Of a stretch of 47,482 nt of DNA, positions 1 through 8,020 are shown piece after piece. Under the pieces are notes generated by a model. It was not told the origin of the DNA and did no database searches. It was given only the letters and a program-made list of their open reading frames with translations. The stretch covers positions 1 through 47,482 of the forward strand of contig JAZBOO010000314.1 of NCBI GenBank assembly GCA_036351155.1. Reading direction: 5' to 3'. Both the position numbers and the translations under genes were made by a program. The DNA is from Candidatus Krumholzibacteriia bacterium. GTDB taxonomy: Bacteria; Krumholzibacteriota; Krumholzibacteriia; LZORAL124-64-63. The first letter of the stretch is position 1; the number at the start of each line of letters is the position of its first letter.

Positions 1-2
1 AC

Positions 3-1148
3 CCGACGGCCGTGACCTGGGGGGATTATCTGACCGCCGCCCATCCCGACATCCATTCCATCATCATCGTTCACGAACTGGCCCACCAGTGGTTCGGAAA
101 CCTGATCACCCCCGAGGACTGGACGCACATCTGGCTGAACGAGGGACTGGCCACCTATGTGGAAGCCCTGTGGGTGGAACACCAGGAAGGGCCAGTGGGC
201 CTGAAGAACTTCATGTCCCAGCGCCAGTGGGGACTGGGCTATCTGGAAGATCCTCTGTTGCGCCGTCCAGACGTCGACGATCCGCTCTACTATTTTCCGG
301 TCTCGGTCTACCACAAGGGCGGGTGGGTGATGCACATGCTGCGCCGGTTGCTGGGTGATGACGATTTCTTTGAAGGGCTCTCGGTCTATGTCCACGACCC
401 GGACCTGCGCTGGAAAACCGCCCATACCGACGACCTCATCAACGCATTCGAGGCCGCATCCAATCGGGACCTCGACACTTTCTTCCATCAGTGGCTGGAG
501 TGGTCGACCTATCCCATTTATGCCTATACCTACCAGCAGGAATGGGAAGGTGGTCAGAACCATGTGAGCGTACGCCTGCGCCAGGTCCAGGATCCGGACC
601 CGACTTACGGCAGGCAACCTTTCGAGGTCCCCGTCGACCTCCGCTTCTACAGTGGGGGCCAGGACACCACGTTCACCGTCTGGAACAACGCGCTCGACCA
701 GACCTTCGACTTCGTGCTGGACCAGGGAGTTGGCTCGCTCGGCATTGATCCGGATCAGTGGCTGTTGAACGAGGCCAGCAACGTCAGCGCCGTACCCGGT
801 GATGATTCTCACGATGGTCCCTCTTGGCATGTGCCCCAGCCTGTGCGCCTGCTGGCGGCCGCGCCCAATCCCTTCAATCCGCGCGGCTATCTTCGCTGGG
901 AATCCGACCTGGTCACGGCTGACCGCGTGGAAATCTTCGATCTGCAGGGGCGACGCCACCGCGTGGAGAATCTGCCGTCCCGAGCACCAGGCGGGCGTGA
1001 ATTCATGTGGGACGGCACCGACCAGGCCGGACGCGCACTACCCTCGGGGATCTACCTTTATCGCCTCACCTGCCAGTCGGCTTCCGGGGCCGCCGCGGGT
1101 TCCCCTGCGCGATGGCAACTTGGTGGAAAAATCACGCTCGTGCGGTAG
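3..1148 (+). CDS. M1-family zinc aminopeptidase with C-terminal FlgD-Ig/T9SS-CTD-like domain (5' truncated)
   Basis: HELAHQWFGN...WLNEGLATY (HEXXH-X18-E), YHKGGWVMHMLR; tail PNPFNP...WDGTDQAGRALPSGIYLYRL...KITLVR; frame open from window start. Confidence 0.9.
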   Translation, partial: PTAVTWGDYLTAAHPDIHSIIIVHELAHQWFGNLITPEDWTHIWLNEGLATYVEALWVEHQEGPVGLKNFMSQRQWGLGYLEDPLLRRPDVDDPLYYFPVSVYHKGGWVMHMLRRLLGDDDFFEGLSVYVHDPDLRWKTAHTDDLINAFEAASNRDLDTFFHQWLEWSTYPIYAYTYQQEWEGGQNHVSVRLRQVQDPDPTYGRQPFEVPVDLRFYSGGQDTTFTVWNNALDQTFDFVLDQGVGSLGIDPDQWLLNEASNVSAVPGDDSHDGPSWHVPQPVRLLAAAPNPFNPRGYLRWESDLVTADRVEIFDLQGRRHRVENLPSRAPGGREFMWDGTDQAGRALPSGIYLYRLTCQSASGAAAGSPARWQLGGKITLVR

Positions 1149-1201
1149 GGTGGTCTTGACCGTCTCAAGGACCCCGCCTCTGCTTCGCCGTGGATCAGGG
1201 T

Positions 1202-1236
1202 AGATTTTCCAACGGGTTGGAAAGTCTCAGACCTCA
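1202..1236. repeat. Palindromic site, copy 1 of a direct repeat (copy 2 at 5322-5356)
   Basis: AGATTTTCCAAC-GG-GTTGGAAAGTCT; 1206-1227 identical to 5326-5347, 29/31 identical over 1206-1236. Confidence 0.85.
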
Positions 1237-1611
1237 AGTTTCCGCCTTGGAAAACGGTAAATAATTGTGATGCAGTCCACTAAGAACCGAGCAGCCACGG
1301 CAGGTGCACCCAATAGACCATAATTCAACCTGGCCCAAATGAAAACCGTTGTGCAAGTAGCGGTCAAGATGCTAAGGTCTGGGTGGGGGAAAGATTTCAA
1401 GGATGAGCACAAAGGAGACCCTTTTGGCCTCAAGCAGGATGCTTTGCTTGGGGTTTTTGTTTGTCCATGAATTTTTTTGAAATTTATCTGAAGGGACGAG
1501 GGCAATTTTCTCGCACTGTAATCGGGGGCACTATTTATCTGGAATTTACCTGGAATCTGATGGGATTCAGTTCAGCAAAAATTGGGGGGACAGATTTCAA
1601 GGGGGTTGATA

Positions 1612-3798
1612 GTGAAACTTCTAGCAATGCTTTTTCTTGGTGCCGTATTGCTTCCTTCCATGGTGGTGGCGCAGGATTGTGTCGATTACAGTGATTTTTG
1701 GAGATTGTCTGACCAGATTCAGGTGTCCAATCCTCTAGATATTCCCTACGGACCCTTTGCCAACCACATTCTCACTCATGAAGGCTATGTTTATGTTTCC
1801 TGCAAGTATCTCGAAAATATGGGATCCACCTTCCACATTTTCGATGTTTCCGATCCGGAAAATTTGGTGGAAATGGGTGTCGCCTTGAGCCTCGGTTTGT
1901 CTGAAATGCACTTTTTGGACCCATTTGTACTTTCCGGTGGGAATGTCATTGACGTTTCTGATCCATCGGCCCCAGAGGTGGTGGCCTATTCGGAAACCTT
2001 CTTCGGGATAAAAACAATTGAGGGCAACCTTGGCTTTGCTACCGGGTTAGATTTCGGACTTCAGGTCATCGACCTTTCAGACCCAGCTTCTCCACTGGTT
2101 GTAGGTGTGGTGCGGCCGGATGTTTCCACCTGGCAATGCGTGCTGGCCCCGCCGTATGCTCTTGTGACAGTGGTCAATTTCGGACTTTGGGTTGTTGATG
2201 TTTCCGATCCAGCAGTGCCCGTCATCATTGGGGAGCTAGCCACCGAAAACAGTCCGCGTGGGCTGGCGGTGTCAGGGGACTTCGCCTATCTCGGGACTAG
2301 TAACAACCACTTCCTGGTGGTGGACATTTCTGACCCGACTTTGCCCATGGTGGTCACATCGCTTGACCTGCCTTTTACCGTCTTTTCATTTTCAGCCAAC
2401 GGAAATTTCTTGTATGGATCATGCGCTGAAGGAGGTCTTCAGGCTTGGGATATTTCCACACCGGAGTCTCCTCAGATTCTTGGCGGTATATTGCCTTCTG
2501 CCACAGAGGTCCAAATTGCTGGTGACTTTGGTTATTCCATTTGTGGAGACTCATACATTTCAATTGTGGAAAGGGTTTCCCAACCGGGTCCTCAGATCAT
2601 AGGCAGTGTGGACACGCCGGGATCTGCCGGGGAAGTGGCAATCTCAGGTAGCCATGCCTACATCGCGGACGGGGAATCTGGTCTTCAAGTGATCGACATC
2701 AGCAATCCCGCAAGTCCGCAGATCACCGGCCTTCTGAATACGCTGGGTCGCTTCGTTGGCGTGGCAATCTCAGGCAGTCATGCCTACATCGCGGACTACT
2801 ATGCCGGTCTGAAGGTGATCGACATCAGTAATCCCGCGAATCCCCAGATCATAGGCAGCATGTACACGCCGAGCTATGCCTTGGACGTGGCGGTCTCAGG
2901 CAGCCATGCCTACGTCGCTGTTGACGAGGCCGGCCTGCAAGTGATCGACATCAGCAATCCTGAAAGCCTGCAGATTATAGGCAGTGTGGACACTCCGGGC
3001 GTTTCCTTGGACGTGATGATCTCAGGTGGCCGTGCCTACGTCGCGGACGGGCCGAGCGGTCTGCAAGTGATCGATATCAGTAATCCCGAGGACCTGCAGA
3101 TCATCGGCAGTGTGGACACGCCGGGCGTGGCCCTGGGTTTGACGATCTCAGGCTACCATGCCTACGTCGCCGACTACAGTGACGGTTTGCAAGTAATCGA
3201 CATCAGTAATCCCGAGGACCTGCAGATCATCGGCATTGTGGATACGCCGGGAGCAGCCAGAAGCGTGACAGTCTCAGGCGACCATGCCTACCTCGCGGAC
3301 GGGTTGAGCGGTCTGCAAGTGATTGATATCAGCAATCCCGAGAGTCCGCAGATCCTAGGAAGTGTGAAAGTGCCAGATCATGCCCTTGACGTGGCGATTT
3401 CATGCGACCAAGCCTTCGTCGCCGACCGCTCTGCCGGCCTGCAGATCCTTCCCCTCCAATGCGATGGTACAGTGGGTGTAGATGACGACTCCCTGGACCC
3501 CGAACCCAGCGACATACCCTCGGCAACGGTCAACCTTTCAGTCTACCCCAACCCCTTCAACCCCCGCGCTTCAGTCACCTTCGCCATCGACCATCCTCAA
3601 ACCGTGGAACTCGGTATCTTCGATATGACCGGCAAGCGCATCTCTGTGCTGGTCTCTCGTTTCTTCGTAGCCGGGACCCACTCTGTAGATTGGGAAGGAA
3701 GGGACATGCAAGGCAAGGCTGTGGCTTCAGGAACCTATTTGGTTCGGATGGTCAGTGAAGAGGGGGTGGCAGCAGAAAAGATGATGTTGATCAGGTAA
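1612..3798 (+). CDS. Secreted LVIVD-repeat beta-propeller protein with FlgD-Ig/T9SS-CTD-like tail
   Basis: GTG at 1612 after AAGGGGG; signal peptide ...VVAQD; many GLQVIDISNP units; YPNPFNP...SGTYLVRM...KMMLIR. Confidence 0.9.
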   Translation: MKLLAMLFLGAVLLPSMVVAQDCVDYSDFWRLSDQIQVSNPLDIPYGPFANHILTHEGYVYVSCKYLENMGSTFHIFDVSDPENLVEMGVALSLGLSEMHFLDPFVLSGGNVIDVSDPSAPEVVAYSETFFGIKTIEGNLGFATGLDFGLQVIDLSDPASPLVVGVVRPDVSTWQCVLAPPYALVTVVNFGLWVVDVSDPAVPVIIGELATENSPRGLAVSGDFAYLGTSNNHFLVVDISDPTLPMVVTSLDLPFTVFSFSANGNFLYGSCAEGGLQAWDISTPESPQILGGILPSATEVQIAGDFGYSICGDSYISIVERVSQPGPQIIGSVDTPGSAGEVAISGSHAYIADGESGLQVIDISNPASPQITGLLNTLGRFVGVAISGSHAYIADYYAGLKVIDISNPANPQIIGSMYTPSYALDVAVSGSHAYVAVDEAGLQVIDISNPESLQIIGSVDTPGVSLDVMISGGRAYVADGPSGLQVIDISNPEDLQIIGSVDTPGVALGLTISGYHAYVADYSDGLQVIDISNPEDLQIIGIVDTPGAARSVTVSGDHAYLADGLSGLQVIDISNPESPQILGSVKVPDHALDVAISCDQAFVADRSAGLQILPLQCDGTVGVDDDSLDPEPSDIPSATVNLSVYPNPFNPRASVTFAIDHPQTVELGIFDMTGKRISVLVSRFFVAGTHSVDWEGRDMQGKAVASGTYLVRMVSEEGVAAEKMMLIR
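2593..3453 (+). repeat. Seven intragenic tandem 126-bp (42-aa) LVIVD repeat units
   Basis: CAGAT(C/T) unit starts at 2593, 2719, 2845, 2971, 3097, 3223, 3349 (exact 126-bp period). Confidence 0.92.
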
Positions 3799-4033
3799 TG
3801 GAGCCATGGGGTTGGTAGATGAGCCATTTCGACTAGCCTCAGTCTCAGGAAAATTTCTAGGAGCGGCCTGTCTTGGGGGTCTGTTGTCTTGCTTGCGTAA
3901 TTACAGTTAGGCTTCTCAGGAGGCCAGAATATTCCGGGACGAGGAGTTGGTGTGTTGAATTTCATGTTACTGGGGGGAAATCACACGCCGGAATAACTTG
4001 AAAAGCTGGACCATTCAATTGGGGGGATTGATC

Positions 4034-5083
4034 ATGAAAACCTGTGTGGTTCTACAAACGGTAGTCTCCATTCTAATTATCAGCGCCGCCAGCCAAGCTG
4101 CAGTTTATGTTGTTGACCCTTCCGGAGGAGGCGATTTCCTCAACTTGGAAGGGGCTATTCCTGTAGTAATTGACGGCGATGTACTTGAGTTTGTTGACGG
4201 AATTCACTCGCTGGATTCTAGTACGCAAACTATTTCGGTTGATCTCACGCTTCGTTCGGTTAGTGGTGATTCTGATTTGTGTGAATTGACAAGCGAGTCA
4301 ACTCTTCTTCTTTGGGCAACCCAGTTCATTCAATTCCAAAATCTGACAATTCATGGGATAGGTCTGTGGCTAATTGATTCCTATTCAATAGACCAGTGCA
4401 AATTTTTGGATGCTTCGATAGCTGGGAGGGCCTTGGGTGCCATATCCAGTTGCACATTCACTGGTAGCTTGGCTGATTTCATTTCTGGGCCACACCTCAT
4501 CACTGGGACCGAGTTCCTTGGTGAGTCTCGGGTGGCTCGCGGTATGTACAGTTCGGGTGAAGAACCTGGGCTAATATTGACGATTACCGAAAGCACATTC
4601 AGCGAAAACTCAAGGATCGAAATTGCCCAATCTGGGGGAGAATTGCGGATTAGCGAGACGTCATTTTCCGGAATGTCGGGTCAACCATGTGTTTTTCTTT
4701 TGTCATTTATTGCCGACCTTGAGATCGATTCCTGCCTTTTTTCTGACAATGACTGCGGGGATTATGCTGCTGTACAGTCTGGCCCGCTAAGTGAAGTCAC
4801 AGTAGTCAACAGCACCTTTCGTCATAATCAATCGACGGGGGTTACTGCTGGGATAAACGCTTCAGGTACTTCATATTGTGAAAATGTAGATTTCGTCAAC
4901 AACAGCGCTATGGAGGGCTCGCACGATGCTTTCGTTTCTCTAGGGGCAGAGTTACACCTTAACTGCTGCGAAATTAATGAGGCGAATATTGGAGGTGAGG
5001 GAGTCGTTACAATCACTAACCAGGGGTGTACAGTTCCGACTGAAGTAGAATTCTGGGGCGGCTTGAAGGCAATGTTTAGGTGA
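4034..5083 (+). CDS. Secreted putative right-handed beta-helix (pectin-lyase-like) protein with short W-x-x-L-K C-terminal motif
   Basis: ATG after GGGGGA; signal peptide ...ASQA; YVVDPSGGGDF start; repeated xxCxF/NSTF strands; ends VPTEVEFWGGLKAMFR. Confidence 0.75.
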   Translation: MKTCVVLQTVVSILIISAASQAAVYVVDPSGGGDFLNLEGAIPVVIDGDVLEFVDGIHSLDSSTQTISVDLTLRSVSGDSDLCELTSESTLLLWATQFIQFQNLTIHGIGLWLIDSYSIDQCKFLDASIAGRALGAISSCTFTGSLADFISGPHLITGTEFLGESRVARGMYSSGEEPGLILTITESTFSENSRIEIAQSGGELRISETSFSGMSGQPCVFLLSFIADLEIDSCLFSDNDCGDYAAVQSGPLSEVTVVNSTFRHNQSTGVTAGINASGTSYCENVDFVNNSAMEGSHDAFVSLGAELHLNCCEINEANIGGEGVVTITNQGCTVPTEVEFWGGLKAMFR

Positions 5084-5321
5084 TGTAGGTGGTCGGGAGT
5101 AAGGGGTAGAGCCATTAATGGTCTGTTGTTCAGTGGCCACGAGTAAGCTGGGGCTTGGAGATCTGAAGGCTTTTTACAGGTAGGGGCTTCAGAAGAGGGG
5201 AAATAGCTGATCAGGTGATTGCATGCTGGGGTTGGTAGGGGTGGGAATCCGACCAGCCCCATTCTCAGTTTTGTGCCGTTCGTGGAAAAGCTCAATCCTC
5301 GGATTTTCGTACCGGCTTCAA

Positions 5322-5356
5322 AGGCTTTCCAACGGGTTGGAAAGTCTGAAACCTCA
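5322..5356. repeat. Palindromic site, copy 2 of direct repeat
   Basis: AGGCTTTCCAAC-GG-GTTGGAAAGTCT followed by GAAACCTCA; offset 4120 bp from copy 1. Confidence 0.85.
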
Positions 5357-5431
5357 CATTACCGCCCCTGAACCCTGCATCCTGATGATTCGAGGGCGAC
5401 CTTCCTTGCATGGCTTCCTCTCACTGCCGCC

Positions 5432-5461
5432 TTGACAACTAAAAGCATACTAGAATAGTGT
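5432..5461 (+). promoter_or_regulatory. Possible sigma70 promoter for the lipoprotein gene
   Basis: TTGACA (5432-5437), 18-bp spacer, TAGTGT (5456-5461). Confidence 0.4.
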
Positions 5462-5497
5462 GGTTTTATTGCTGACCAACCCATGGGAGGAAATATC

Positions 5498-6112
5498 ATG
5501 AATACTCGCCCCCAGATAATGATTTTGGTGTCCGTCATCGCCATCGGCTTGATGCTCGGCACAGGTTGTTCTGACGACGATGAAGACAACCCCACCACAC
5601 CAAACCTCACCGTTTCCACGGACGCGGCCGCCAACGAAGGCTTGCTGACGACGTTGACGGGCGCCAACTCGGTCACGGCATCGGGCACTTGGACCAACAA
5701 TACATTCAGTTCCACGGGCAATTTCATGGCAGAGGCATCGTTTGTCCCGGCCACGAACATGGCCACCTTCATTTTTGATATCGACGGCGGTGTTTATGGT
5801 GGCGCCGATCCGGCGGCCGAAACCTTCAACGTGGATCTTTCCGATTTCATCGCCAACGGGACAGCTGATATCAATGTGACCTCGGCCACCTACGGGGATG
5901 TCTCCATGTCGTTGACTTTCTACACCAACGACACCGGGACTTTTGCCGGCACGGCCATCAACGAGCCATCGGGGAACGTGACCGACGCGATGTTCTCGGG
6001 GACTTTCGAGATCGATGGAGGAGCTGTGACTCTGGAGCTTGGCAGTGCCAGTTTCAATTACAACGGAACCCCGGTGACCATGAGCAATAGTTTCTCGCTC
6101 ACCTTGAACTGA
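5498..6112 (+). CDS. Hypothetical lipoprotein
   Basis: GGAGG RBS before ATG 5498; lipobox-like LGTG-C followed by SDDDED; Thr/Asn-rich beta content. Confidence 0.8.
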   Translation: MNTRPQIMILVSVIAIGLMLGTGCSDDDEDNPTTPNLTVSTDAAANEGLLTTLTGANSVTASGTWTNNTFSSTGNFMAEASFVPATNMATFIFDIDGGVYGGADPAAETFNVDLSDFIANGTADINVTSATYGDVSMSLTFYTNDTGTFAGTAINEPSGNVTDAMFSGTFEIDGGAVTLELGSASFNYNGTPVTMSNSFSLTLN

Positions 6113-6492
6113 TGGAGATAGGGGATCACTACCGGAACCGCCTGTGGGATATTTATGCCCGGGCGGTTTCCCTTGTCAGTGTGGTGAGCATCACGATAGC
6201 CGTGGTTGTCGGGGGCTTTGATGTCGTCAGGATCATCAGCCCCTCGACCACGCTCAACTCCGCCCTCCACGAGAAGTACCAGTCCAACGATTCCTACACC
6301 GAATACGGCACCTTCAAGAAAACCCTCACCCCCGAGCAGATCACCCATGAACGCACCCTCAACTATGAAAAGCTGCTGCGGATCGAACGCCGCAATGGAC
6401 GGCAAAGATTGGCCAAGGTGGGCTTGGGGATTTTAGCTGTTGTGGCGATGAACGGTATTCTGATATCCCTGGGTTCGGGTAAAGCAAAATAA
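6112..6492 (+). CDS. Hypothetical membrane protein (2 TM)
   Basis: TGATG stop/start overlap with upstream gene; two hydrophobic segments. Confidence 0.7.
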   Translation: MEIGDHYRNRLWDIYARAVSLVSVVSITIAVVVGGFDVVRIISPSTTLNSALHEKYQSNDSYTEYGTFKKTLTPEQITHERTLNYEKLLRIERRNGRQRLAKVGLGILAVVAMNGILISLGSGKAK

Positions 6493-6576
6493 TCCCTTTG
6501 TTTTGTTATGAGAGGGATGATCTTCGTGGAGCGCCCACAATACCCGTTGGCTGAACACCCCACCCCAGGACACGCC

Positions 6577-7770
6577 ATGGAACTGCTGGCTCCGGCTGGA
6601 ACTCTCGAAAAGATGCGCTGGGCCGCTCGCTACGGCGCGGACGCCGTCTACTTCGGCACCCACTTCGGGTCGCTCCGCAGCTACGCCGGAAACTTCTCCC
6701 TGGAGGATGCCGAACAGGGGCTGCGTGAGCTGCACGCCCTGGGGAAGCAGGGTTATGTGACCCTGAACATCTTTCCTTACTCGGAGGAGTTCGACCGCTT
6801 GCAAAGCCTGGCCGGTCAGCTCGACGAGGCGGGGGTAGATGCGGTGATCGTGGCCGACCTGGGCGTGTTCATGACCCTGCGGAAGATGGGCCTGAAAGCC
6901 CGGCTGCACATCAGCACCCAGGCCCACACCACCAGCTGGCAGACCGTGCTGGCCTATACCGAACTGGGGGCCCATCGGGTGAACCTGGCACGCGAGTTGA
7001 CCCTGCAGCAGGTCCAGGAAATCCAGCAGGCTCTGGCCGGTCGCATCGAAACCGAGGTTTTCATCCACGGCGCGGTGTGTTTCTCTCACTCGGGACGCTG
7101 TGCCATCAGCGATTACCTGACGGGTAAAGGCGGCAACCGGGGCGAATGCAAGCAGCCCTGCCGCTGGAAGTACACCCTGGTGGAAGAGAAGCGTCCCGGT
7201 CAGTACCTGGACTACTTCGAAGACGAACGCGGCAGCTACCTCTTCAACCCACGCGAACTGGCCCTTTTCGAGTTCGTGCCCGCCTTGCAACAGGCCGGTG
7301 TGGCGTCGGTGAAGCTGGAAGGGCGCATGAAGAGCATCCACTACATTGCCCAGGTGGTGTCGTTTTACCGCCAGGTGCTGGACGGCCGTCCGGTGACCTG
7401 GGACGAGGGCCTGGCCCTGCTCAATCGCTTGCCCAATCGCGGCTATTCCAAGGGTTTCATGAAGGGGGAAATCACTCCCGAGGATTACGCGTTCGACGCG
7501 CCCAGTTCCACGGGAGAATCCATATTCGTGGGTAATGTTCTGGAAGAAAGGAGCGACGGTTGCGCCGTGCTCGAGGTGCGCAACAGGATCACCGGCGGTG
7601 ACCAGCTGGAGCTGCTGACTCCTGACGGAAAGTTGAACACCTACACCATGCCCCCTGTGATGAGAACCCGCGAGGGTGACCTGAAAGAAGTGGTGAACAA
7701 CTCCCAGTTCGTGCTGCTGGAAAAGGAGTTGCCGCCATTCGCCTTGTTGCGGCGTATTGCGGCCTTCTGA
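6577..7770 (+). CDS. U32-family peptidase-like protein (TrhP/YegQ-like, tRNA hydroxylation)
   Basis: ELLAPAG, GADAVY, HGAVCFSHSGRC, NRGECKQPCRW, LKLEGR-like VKLEGR; start could be GTG 6526. Confidence 0.88.
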   Translation: MELLAPAGTLEKMRWAARYGADAVYFGTHFGSLRSYAGNFSLEDAEQGLRELHALGKQGYVTLNIFPYSEEFDRLQSLAGQLDEAGVDAVIVADLGVFMTLRKMGLKARLHISTQAHTTSWQTVLAYTELGAHRVNLARELTLQQVQEIQQALAGRIETEVFIHGAVCFSHSGRCAISDYLTGKGGNRGECKQPCRWKYTLVEEKRPGQYLDYFEDERGSYLFNPRELALFEFVPALQQAGVASVKLEGRMKSIHYIAQVVSFYRQVLDGRPVTWDEGLALLNRLPNRGYSKGFMKGEITPEDYAFDAPSSTGESIFVGNVLEERSDGCAVLEVRNRITGGDQLELLTPDGKLNTYTMPPVMRTREGDLKEVVNNSQFVLLEKELPPFALLRRIAAF

Positions 7771-7924
7771 GATGCCTGTCCCACCAGTCCCAGGCGATCC
7801 CGATGCCCAGGGCCGCCCATTTGACCCACAGATCATCCGGGGAGGTCATCAGGTTGATCACCACCAGCAGGGCGAGGATGAGCGGGCCGGTGGGTTGCCG
7901 TCATTGCACTCAATTTGCCCTCAT
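7771..7924 (-). pseudogene. Remnant of small 2TM-domain membrane protein
   Basis: MRAN*VQ*RQPTGPLILALLVVINLMTSPDDLWVKWAALGIGIAW: two in-frame stops after ATG; INLxTxPxxxWxxW is 2TM-like. Confidence 0.45.
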
Positions 7925-8020
7925 GGTCTCAGATTTCGTGTGTTAGAGTGTCCCCGGTTACCTGCACCAGATGCACTTCGCTTCATACTTGACCAGGCAC
8001 CCTTTCAGCAAGTGGTAGGA

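Noticed and set aside
1202..1227. Integron attC or Xer dif interpretation of the palindrome
   Set aside because: The AAC/GTT cores are only 2 bp apart, too short for attC; no match to the XerD arm TTATGTTAAAT; no integrase nearby
1227..1505. 92-aa minus ORF whose end (VFIWARLNYGLLGA...FLVD) faintly recalls a CPBP protease C-terminus
   Set aside because: Similarity too weak, catalytic motifs absent, no RBS; not called
2593..3453. Possible CRISPR array or DGR template/variable repeats
   Set aside because: Units are in-frame 126-bp coding repeats without unique spacers; differences are not adenine-specific; no cas or reverse transcriptase gene in the window
7757..8020. 88-aa N-terminal extension of TctC in the ORF track
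   Set aside because: Signal peptide and RBS point to ATG 8021; the upstream part is spacer plus an antisense relic
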